A DNA stretch of 9,709 nucleotides. Origin: Candidatus Wukongarchaeum yapensis. Its GTDB lineage: Archaea > Asgardarchaeota > Wukongarchaeia > Wukongarchaeales > Wukongarchaeaceae. The position numbers and the translations under genes are program-made. Position 1 is the first letter of the stretch. Each line of letters starts with the position of its first letter. The notes beneath the pieces are model-generated. The model was given only the letters and a program-made list of their open reading frames with translations. It was not told the DNA's origin and searched no databases. Positions 1 to 5,938 of this stretch are shown here, one piece after another. Location of the stretch: positions 1-9,709 of the forward strand of contig JAEOSI010000069.1 in the NCBI GenBank assembly GCA_016840425.1. Direction: 5' to 3'.

Positions 1-284
1 AGTATTACCTCTTGTTCACTCAAGATTCTATCTCTGAGGAGGGGATGGAGGGATTTGTAAGTAAGAATATCTACGTCTCTTCTTAGCAATTCCTCAAGTT
101 CAAGTTTTAAACCTACAAGGTCTAACAAACTCTTCCTTCCCTCAAACTCGACAAGTAAATCTATATCACTTTTTTCATCCGCTTCTCTTCTCACAATAGA
201 ACCAAACAAACTCGCCTTCTTTACCCCATGTTTTTGCAACACCTGTACGATTATATCTTTTATTTCTTCAATTTGAGAATTCAT
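1..284 (-). CDS. Minimal nucleotidyltransferase (MNT, HEPN/MNT antitoxin type); runs off the left edge just before its stop
   Basis: Not in the ORF track; translated by hand from ATG at 284: MNSQIEEIKDIIVQVLQKHGVKKASLFGSIVRREADEKSDIDLLVEFEGRKSLLDLVGLKLELEELLRRDVDILTYKSLHPLLRDRILSEQEVI... It has the Pol-beta-fold GS-x10-DxD motif (GSIVRREADEKSDID), a second VD motif and a size of about 95 aa. A GGGGGG RBS-like run lies 6 nt upstream. Confidence 0.9.
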   Translation of the reverse strand, partial: MNSQIEEIKDIIVQVLQKHGVKKASLFGSIVRREADEKSDIDLLVEFEGRKSLLDLVGLKLELEELLRRDVDILTYKSLHPLLRDRILSEQEVI

Positions 285-335
285 TTTTTGTCCCCCCTAA
301 TGTTTTTAATCTCTTTAAATTCTTGTTTTTTTAAT

Positions 336-345
336 TTTTATAAAA
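336..345. promoter_or_regulatory. Palindromic TATA-like box (TTTTATAAAA), candidate promoter for the MNT gene, possibly bidirectional
   Basis: Perfect 10-bp palindrome about 52 nt upstream of the MNT ATG. This spacing leaves a short leader containing the RBS. Confidence 0.35.
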
Positions 346-472
346 TTCTTTCTTTATCTTTTTGAACAAGAAATTTTCCCGCATGAAAGAGCTAATAAGG
401 GTAAGAGTTATTTTCCTTTTGAATTATATTGATAGGAGTAGCTTAGGCGGGGTTTTATTGGAATTATCGGCG

Positions 473-495
473 AGAATAATTAACGTTATTATTCT
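473..495. repeat. Inverted repeat AGAATAAT-taacgtt-ATTATTCT
   Basis: Perfect 8-bp arms at 473-480 and 488-495. Removing one T gives a perfect 22-bp palindrome. It lies about 35 nt downstream of the radA stop. The repeat is directly visible; its function is unknown. Confidence 0.6.
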
Positions 496-528
496 ATTGA
501 AAGTGATTTTTAAGGGTTTTTTGGTGTT

Positions 529-1491
529 TTAAGGGTCTATGATGCCGCCTTCTGCGATTTTGAAGGTGGTTTCTGATTCTGGTAGGCATGGGCTGTCGAA
601 TATTCTTGCTACTCTGAGTTCTCCTTTTCCTTTTCTTAGGTAGACGCGGGTTGTGGCTGCGTGGGCCATTACGTGTCCTCCTACGGCTATGGTTGGGTCT
701 CCGAAGAAGGCGTCTGGTCTGGCCATGACTTGGTTTGCAACGATTACTGCTGCGTTGTTTATTTCTGCGAATCGGAGTAGTTGGTGTAGGTGTTTGTTTA
801 GCATTTGTTGCCTGCTTGCAAGGCTCTCTCTTCCCACGTATTCGGCTCTGAAGTGGGAGGTTAGGGAGTCTATTACGAGGAGGCGGATGTTTTTTTCTTT
901 CGCCATTTTTGCCGCTTTATCAGCGAGGGCTATTTGATGGTCTGTGTTAAAGGCTCTTGCCACGTATATTCCTTTCATGATTTCTTGGGGGTCTTTTCCA
1001 ACTCTTTGGGCCATGGAGATAATTCTTTCAGGGCGAAAAGTTCCTTCAGAGTCTATGTAAACTGCTTTGGCTTCTATTCCTCCTTCTTCTTCGGGTAGTT
1101 GAGCGGTTACAGTGCACATATGGCATAGTTGTGTTTTTCCTGTGCGGAATTCGCCGAAAAATTCTATCATTGCACTTGTCTCTATGCCTCCTCCGAGGAT
1201 GTTGTCTATGTTTTTGCTTCCTGTTGCGATTTTTTTAGTGTTTTGTCTGTCTTTTAAAACTTCTTCTGCCGACTTGAATCCGAGGTCTAAGGATTTTCTA
1301 GCTGCTTGTATTATTTTTGCAGCAATAGTGTCGCCAAGCCCTGTTACTGCTACAACTTCTTGTGGTGTAGCAACAGCTACGGATTCAAGGTTTAGGTATC
1401 CTGCTTCTCGAAGTTTTTCAGCTGTTGCCGGTCCTACTCCCGGTAAACTTTCAAGATCTTCAGATTCAGACAAGAGTTTTTCCACCACCAA
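529..1491 (-). CDS. radA: DNA repair and recombination protein RadA (Rad51/RadA family recombinase)
   Basis: N-terminal HhH domain (LESLPGVGPATAEKLREAGY), FxxA polymerization motif (FKSA), Walker A GEFRTGKT, YIDSEGTFRPERI, Walker B LLVIDS, L2 region NQVMARPDAFFGDP, and YLRKGKG. No intein. Start is TTG at 1491 or an adjacent GTG (1488/1485). Confidence 0.97.
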   Translation of the reverse strand: MVVEKLLSESEDLESLPGVGPATAEKLREAGYLNLESVAVATPQEVVAVTGLGDTIAAKIIQAARKSLDLGFKSAEEVLKDRQNTKKIATGSKNIDNILGGGIETSAMIEFFGEFRTGKTQLCHMCTVTAQLPEEEGGIEAKAVYIDSEGTFRPERIISMAQRVGKDPQEIMKGIYVARAFNTDHQIALADKAAKMAKEKNIRLLVIDSLTSHFRAEYVGRESLASRQQMLNKHLHQLLRFAEINNAAVIVANQVMARPDAFFGDPTIAVGGHVMAHAATTRVYLRKGKGELRVARIFDSPCLPESETTFKIAEGGIIDP

Positions 1492-1513
1492 AATAAAAAA
1501 ATAACTCTTAATG

Positions 1514-1520
1514 TTTTATA
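1514..1520 (-). promoter_or_regulatory. Candidate TATA box (TATAAAA) for a leaderless radA transcript
   Basis: TATAAAA on the minus strand, preceded by a purine-rich BRE-like stretch (GGAAAAAAATAG), 23-26 nt before the TTG/GTG starts. No RBS is visible before radA. Confidence 0.3.
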
Positions 1521-1591
1521 CTATTTTTTTCCTTTATAAAAAAGGCTATAAAATGATAAAATGTTTTCTCGATTCTTTTCTTACTGTCATA

Positions 1592-1599
1592 TTTATATA
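1592..1599 (+). promoter_or_regulatory. Candidate TATA box (TTTATATA) in the radA/nuclease divergent region
   Basis: Matches the canonical archaeal TATA consensus, about 130 nt upstream of the nuclease ATG. It also reads as TATA-like on the minus strand, so its direction is uncertain. Confidence 0.3.
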
Positions 1600-1729
1600 A
1601 CTTTTGAGGAGAGAGAGGTCCTTGAAAGTGAACAGAAATACTCATTAGAAATAAAAATTAAGGTTTTTTTGTGATCAATAATTTTTAGTTTTAGTTTGCT
1701 TGTTTATTGTTGTTCGATGGGGTTTTTTT

Positions 1730-2617
1730 ATGGGAAAAATAGTGGTGGACCGGTTTAACGTTAAGGCTTCTTTGTATCTTCTCACTCATGCTCATACTGA
1801 TCACATGCGAGGGTTGAGAAAAGGATGGAGTAAGGGACCTATTCTTTGTAGTGAGGAGACGGGTAGGGTGATTCAGGCGCTTTATGGTGTTCCTAAAAGT
1901 TTGATACCTACTATAGCACCCGGGGAAGAGATTAAGGTTTTTGGGGCTGTGATAAAGGCTTATGATGCGAATCATTGTCCTGGGGCGCTTATGTTTAAGG
2001 TGGAACGGGAGGAGGAAGGGGATGATAAGGGTAAGGTGGAGGTTTATACGGGGGATTTTCGTTTAAACGATAGGATGAGGGGGATTTTACACGAGTTTGA
2101 AGGGGCAGATGTTTGTTACTTGGACATGACTTATAACAATCCTTGTTTTATGTTTCCTCCTCAATCCCATGCGATTCAGCAAGTTATAGAGGTTTTAGAA
2201 ACATGTGAAGGTAAAGATTCTTTTGTAGGTATTTATAATATTGGGAAAAACAAGGTAGTTAAAGCTGTCTCTAAACATTTCGGTGTCCCTGTTTATGTAC
2301 CTGAGAGAACTTATAGGGTATATCAAGCTTTAGATATGGGGGAGATTGTTACAAAGAATATGGAAGATACTTGTATTTCTGCTTATTCCCGTGGTTTTTT
2401 AGAGAAGCCGAAGGTTGATAGTCCCCTGTTTTACAAGATATCTATGGGTTATACGGTGATACCTACTGGGTGGGCTTGTATAATGAAGCCAAGAAATCGG
2501 AGGGGTAGGAGGATTGAGTATGTTGCCTATTCGGAGCATAATGATTATTATGAACTTCAAGAGTTTATAAAAACGATAAAACCGAAGAAGATTGTGAATT
2601 TTCACCGTGGAAAGTAG
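1730..2617 (+). CDS. Metallo-beta-lactamase/beta-CASP nuclease, SNM1/Pso2/Apollo/Artemis (DRMBL)-like; 295 aa
   Basis: Motifs VVDRF, LTHAHTDH (HxHxDH), DANHCPGA, YTGDFR, YLDMTY..P.F.FP.Q, GIYNIGK, IPTGW, AYSEH and FIKTIKPKKIV occur in the order known from SNM1-family nucleases. ATG at 1730 is preferred over the ORF-track TTG at 1700. The fold call is firm; the SNM1 subfamily call rests on remembered motifs. Confidence 0.85.
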   Translation: MGKIVVDRFNVKASLYLLTHAHTDHMRGLRKGWSKGPILCSEETGRVIQALYGVPKSLIPTIAPGEEIKVFGAVIKAYDANHCPGALMFKVEREEEGDDKGKVEVYTGDFRLNDRMRGILHEFEGADVCYLDMTYNNPCFMFPPQSHAIQQVIEVLETCEGKDSFVGIYNIGKNKVVKAVSKHFGVPVYVPERTYRVYQALDMGEIVTKNMEDTCISAYSRGFLEKPKVDSPLFYKISMGYTVIPTGWACIMKPRNRRGRRIEYVAYSEHNDYYELQEFIKTIKPKKIVNFHRGK

Positions 2618-2631
2618 AATTATGGCACCTC

Positions 2632-2638
2632 TTTTTTT
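2632..2638 (+). terminator. Oligo-T tract, candidate archaeal terminator for the nuclease gene
   Basis: T7 run 15 nt after the TAG at 2617, in the 39-nt convergent gap. Confidence 0.3.
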
Positions 2639-2656
2639 ACGCATTATTGTTTTAGT

Positions 2657-3493
2657 TTATGCTGTCTTTGGTGTCATTTTTACTTTTTCTTCTTCTGTTG
2701 TTGTTATTGTTTTTTCTTCTTCTTCGTTGCTTTCTTTTAGCATGTAGTTTATGGCGAAGTACCAGAAAATTGTCATCCATAAAAGGAAGAGGAGGAACCC
2801 TAAGTAGTCGTGTACTCTCATCATTGTGTTGTATCCGTAGTAGTATCCTGTGAGGCTTATGATTGTTAGGCGGATCCAGTTTGTTGTTAACGTGCCTATT
2901 CCACCGATTAAGAAGCTTATTCCTACCCTTTTTTTAGAGGATGCGTGACGCCCTATGTAAAGAATCATTATGGCAAAGACTATGAGGAATATGGTGGTTG
3001 AATGCACCCCGCTACATCTTGCATCTATGTAGATCGCTGAGACTTTTGAGGGGTTTTCCAGGTAGATGATTCCCATTTGGTCACCGTCTGCTGTTTCGTA
3101 AAAGGCATAGTCCGCTTCATAGTTTAAAAGGCGTAGAATATGTATTGTGGCGATTACTGCAAGTTTAACCATCTCATCCGCCATTTTTGTGTGGAGTATT
3201 ACTTCATCAAAGTGGGTTATTAAAAAGATCCAGAAAACGAAGATACCCGCAATTAAGGGCACAATCAACTCTTCCAAGGTTTTAAATTTTCTTTTTTCAT
3301 GCAGAAGCAAAAAAGCGCCAATACCTAAAAAAAGAAGACCTAAAGGCGGTAAAAAATCGTTATGGGTATGCTCATAAAGAAGGTATAAAAAGAAGGCTAT
3401 TGACCAAGACGTTATCCCTAGAATAACGCCTTTAAAACGCCTAAAAAAGGATTTCAACCCAAAAAATGAACCTTTTTCACTTGTCAATACCAC
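2657..3493 (-). CDS. Exosortase/archaeosortase family intramembrane transpeptidase
   Basis: Multiple TM helices with the family's Cys/Arg/His triad in the expected context: IDARCSGVHS, TNWIRL, RVHDYLG. GTG start with a GGTG RBS 7 nt upstream. Acidic low-complexity C-terminal tail. Confidence 0.9.
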   Translation of the reverse strand: MVLTSEKGSFFGLKSFFRRFKGVILGITSWSIAFFLYLLYEHTHNDFLPPLGLLFLGIGAFLLLHEKRKFKTLEELIVPLIAGIFVFWIFLITHFDEVILHTKMADEMVKLAVIATIHILRLLNYEADYAFYETADGDQMGIIYLENPSKVSAIYIDARCSGVHSTTIFLIVFAIMILYIGRHASSKKRVGISFLIGGIGTLTTNWIRLTIISLTGYYYGYNTMMRVHDYLGFLLFLLWMTIFWYFAINYMLKESNEEEEKTITTTEEEKVKMTPKTA

Positions 3494-3639
3494 TTAAAAG
3501 CACCTAAAAGAAATAAAATCGCAAAACTCCATTATCTAACTATTTTAAGCGTTTAAAATCTCTGCTTTCTCCATTTATAACACTATTATTTTTTGAACTT
3601 TAACGTTTCCTTTCCTTTTTTTATCGTTGTTGTTTTTTG

Positions 3640-5028
3640 TTAATCGTTCGGTTTTCCAACGGCCATATATATTACGTCCTTAAACTCTGAGACACGCTTT
3701 GATTCAAAAACTTGCCTACCGTCAACTATCACAAGAGGTTTTTTACCCGCCTGATTTACAAGTTTTTCGAGGTCTAACTCCTTATATTGTGCGTGATCCG
3801 TAGCAATTATTATACAATCAGCACCATCAACCGCTTTCATGATGTCTGGCTCAAATCTAAAAGGGAACATTCTTCCCTCATCAGCATCCCAAAGCACATC
3901 ATTAACTGTCACTAAAACCTCCCTCTTCTCCAGCTCTTTTACCAAGTCGAAGGTGGGCGAAAATCTACTCTCTTTTACCCCGCCTCTATAAGACAAGCCT
4001 AAAATCACCACTTTCGTCCCTTTAATCTCTTTCCCTATTTTCCCTAACCCTTTCTCAACTAGGTTTATTACGTGGAGAGGTGCTTCTTCATTAACCTTTC
4101 GAGCAGTCTTTGTAACCTCAACCTTTACCCTCATCTCCTCAGCTATCTTTATCACAAAATGGGGATAAACCGGTATACAATGCCCTCCAACCCCCACACC
4201 TGGATCGTGAAGATGGCAAAAAGGCTGGGAATTAGCAGCTTTTTTGACCTCAAAGTAATCCACGTCAAACCTTTCACATAAACGTGCAAGCTCATTGGCT
4301 AGTGCAATATTAGCATCCCTATAAATACCCTCAAAAACCTTAGTGGTCTCAGCAGCTTCAACACTGCTCATCTTAATAACTCCTCGCTCGCAAAAAATGG
4401 CATAAAACGCCCCTGCAACCTCCGTGCTCTGCTCATTTATCCCCCCCACAATCTTTGGATATCTTTTTGTCACATCCTCAATAACTCGCCCAACATAAGT
4501 ACGTTCAGGACTATAAACCAAGCCAAAATCTCGCCCGGCCTTAAGATTAGAACCTTTCTCAATGATGGAACGAACAAATCCGTTTGTGGTGCCTGGAGGA
4601 ACAGTACTCTCGATTATAACCACGCTACCCTTCTTCAATCCTCTCGCGATCGCCTCAGAAACAGTTAAAAGAGCGTTAAGATCAGGATCCTTACTCTCCT
4701 CATCCACCACCACAGGAACAATAACCACGATAAAATCAGCAAGTTGAACAGCCTTAACCAGATCCGTAGTAGCCCAAAGCCTTCCCTCCTTGACAAAACG
4801 CTCAATTCCCTCCCTCACTCCAGGCTCCGCTAAAAGCTCAGTACGCCCTTCATTAATCATCGAAACAACACGCTCATCAACATCAACACCAACAACTTTC
4901 GCCCCCGCAGAAGCAAAAATAACCGCTAAAGGTTGCCCCATCTTCCCCAAACCATAAACAGCAACAGTAATCCTCCCCTCACTAACAAGTCTAGGAATAT
5001 CTAAAGAAGATGCATAAAAAACGCTCAT
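3640..5028 (-). CDS. Nucleotide-sugar 6-dehydrogenase (UDP-N-acetyl-D-mannosamine/glucosamine dehydrogenase, WecC/WbpA-like)
   Basis: Rossmann motif VYGLGKMG, then ESTVPPGTT, SPER, KVFEGIYRDANIALANELA, catalytic PGVGVGGHCIP and LGLSYRGGVKESRFSP. ATG at 5028 (GTG at 5031 is the alternative). The exact sugar cannot be determined from motifs. Confidence 0.92.
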   Translation of the reverse strand: MSVFYASSLDIPRLVSEGRITVAVYGLGKMGQPLAVIFASAGAKVVGVDVDERVVSMINEGRTELLAEPGVREGIERFVKEGRLWATTDLVKAVQLADFIVVIVPVVVDEESKDPDLNALLTVSEAIARGLKKGSVVIIESTVPPGTTNGFVRSIIEKGSNLKAGRDFGLVYSPERTYVGRVIEDVTKRYPKIVGGINEQSTEVAGAFYAIFCERGVIKMSSVEAAETTKVFEGIYRDANIALANELARLCERFDVDYFEVKKAANSQPFCHLHDPGVGVGGHCIPVYPHFVIKIAEEMRVKVEVTKTARKVNEEAPLHVINLVEKGLGKIGKEIKGTKVVILGLSYRGGVKESRFSPTFDLVKELEKREVLVTVNDVLWDADEGRMFPFRFEPDIMKAVDGADCIIIATDHAQYKELDLEKLVNQAGKKPLVIVDGRQVFESKRVSEFKDVIYMAVGKPND

Positions 5029-5127
5029 CACTAAAAAACTCTCCTCATAAAAACAAGGGCTTGAATAATAGTTCTCAAACTAACTAAAAAACTCTTATAA
5101 GATTTATTATTTTTTAGGTAGTTTCAT

Positions 5128-5168
5128 AAAACAAAAATTAAAAAACTGAAAAACAAAAAAAGAAAAAA
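5128..5168 (-). terminator. Long U-rich tract downstream of the membrane-protein pair
   Basis: About 40 nt of nearly continuous T runs on the minus strand, starting 30 nt after the stop at 5198. It suggests the pair is transcriptionally separated from the dehydrogenase. Confidence 0.4.
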
Positions 5169-5197
5169 TTATTCTCATAGAGGGAGGACAAAACTCT

Positions 5198-5524
5198 TTA
5201 AAATATGGTCCTATCTTCGACTTTTTTCCTCCAGAATCTGCCCCATCCTAAAAGGACAAAAGAAGCGACGAGAGCCCCGACTCCGATAAAGATTCCTAAA
5301 AAGACAGAAGCATCTTCAACATCGCCCTCTGAGAAATATATGTTTAAAATTCCATATAGGAGACCGATGAAACCTACTACTACTCCAAGAACCGAAATTA
5401 TTATGAAACGTGTAGCATACCATTCGATTTGGGAGTAAACTTGGTCTATTATTTCCTCCCAAGTCGGTATAGGCTTTCTAACCTTTTTCGGTTTCGTAGG
5501 AATAACTACTTCTTTTTCAGACAT
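5198..5524 (-). CDS. Hypothetical 2-TM membrane protein A (108 aa), paralog of the adjacent gene
   Basis: ATG with a purine-rich RBS (GAAGGGAAGG), two hydrophobic Gly-rich segments, a WGRFW motif and a basic tail. Aligns without gaps to protein B. Confidence 0.8.
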   Translation of the reverse strand: MSEKEVVIPTKPKKVRKPIPTWEEIIDQVYSQIEWYATRFIIISVLGVVVGFIGLLYGILNIYFSEGDVEDASVFLGIFIGVGALVASFVLLGWGRFWRKKVEDRTIF

Positions 5525-5541
5525 AACCTTCCCTTCTTTCT

Positions 5542-5826
5542 TTATTTTCCATATTTTTTCTTCAATCTTTTTCCTTCACTTCGCATCCAGTAGAGACCCC
5601 AAAACACTAAGAATACGCCTATGAGAATGAAAGCTACACCAACGAAAAACCCACCGGCTATAGAAAAGGAGGTCGCTTCCTTACCATAAATAGCGAAGGC
5701 AAGAATTGAATAGACAATGCCTATAGCTCCTACAGCTACTGCCAAAACACTAAAGACAATGTATTTTGCTGCTATTGCGATTATATCAGCACTAGTTTCC
5801 AAATCTATATCTTTTGATTCAGACAT
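5542..5826 (-). CDS. Hypothetical 2-TM membrane protein B (94 aa), paralog of the adjacent gene
   Basis: GGAGG RBS at 5833-5837, 6 nt before ATG 5826, so the start is moved from the track's GTG 5853. Two TM segments, a WGLYW motif and a basic tail; 17-nt gap to gene A. Confidence 0.8.
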   Translation of the reverse strand: MSESKDIDLETSADIIAIAAKYIVFSVLAVAVGAIGIVYSILAFAIYGKEATSFSIAGGFFVGVAFILIGVFLVFWGLYWMRSEGKRLKKKYGK

Positions 5827-5938
5827 CTTAATCCTCCACAATTCACGGACCAAATCTTATAAATTTTACTTATAACACTTTAAGGGTTTAACAACATTAG
5901 TCGAATTTAAAATTTTTCACCATTTTGAAAAAATTTTG

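Noticed and set aside
529-1491. Possible RadA intein
   Set aside because: The protein is 320 aa and continuous through Walker A; there is no insertion.
653-1504. Plus-strand ORFs 653-937 and 1112-1504
   Set aside because: Antisense shadows of radA with no recognisable motifs.
1622-1648. Micro-ORF TTG...TAG (MKVNRNTH) after a GAGG-rich stretch upstream of the nuclease
   Set aside because: Only 8 codons with a TTG start; indistinguishable from chance.
1700-1729. ORF-track N-terminal extension of the nuclease from TTG 1700
   Set aside because: An ATG is available at 1730, just before the first conserved motif (VVDRF). The extension cannot be fully excluded.
1730-2617. Annotation as an antibiotic beta-lactamase, or as aCPSF1/RNase J
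   Set aside because: It has beta-CASP motifs, so it is not a simple lactamase. It lacks KH domains and is too short for aCPSF1/RNase J, and NHCPG/TGDFR/YSEH are SNM1-type.
1691-2644. Minus-strand ORFs 1691-1975 and 2399-2644
   Set aside because: Antisense to the nuclease, which has clear catalytic motifs.
2659-2853. Leucine-rich plus-strand ORF and TTC/TGT trinucleotide runs at 2687-2734
   Set aside because: Reverse complement of the exosortase's Glu/Thr-rich tail; coding low complexity, not a separate gene or repeat element.
3147-5438. Plus-strand ORFs 3147-3377, 4072-4281, 4562-4747 and 5205-5438
   Set aside because: Antisense shadows of well-supported minus-strand genes.
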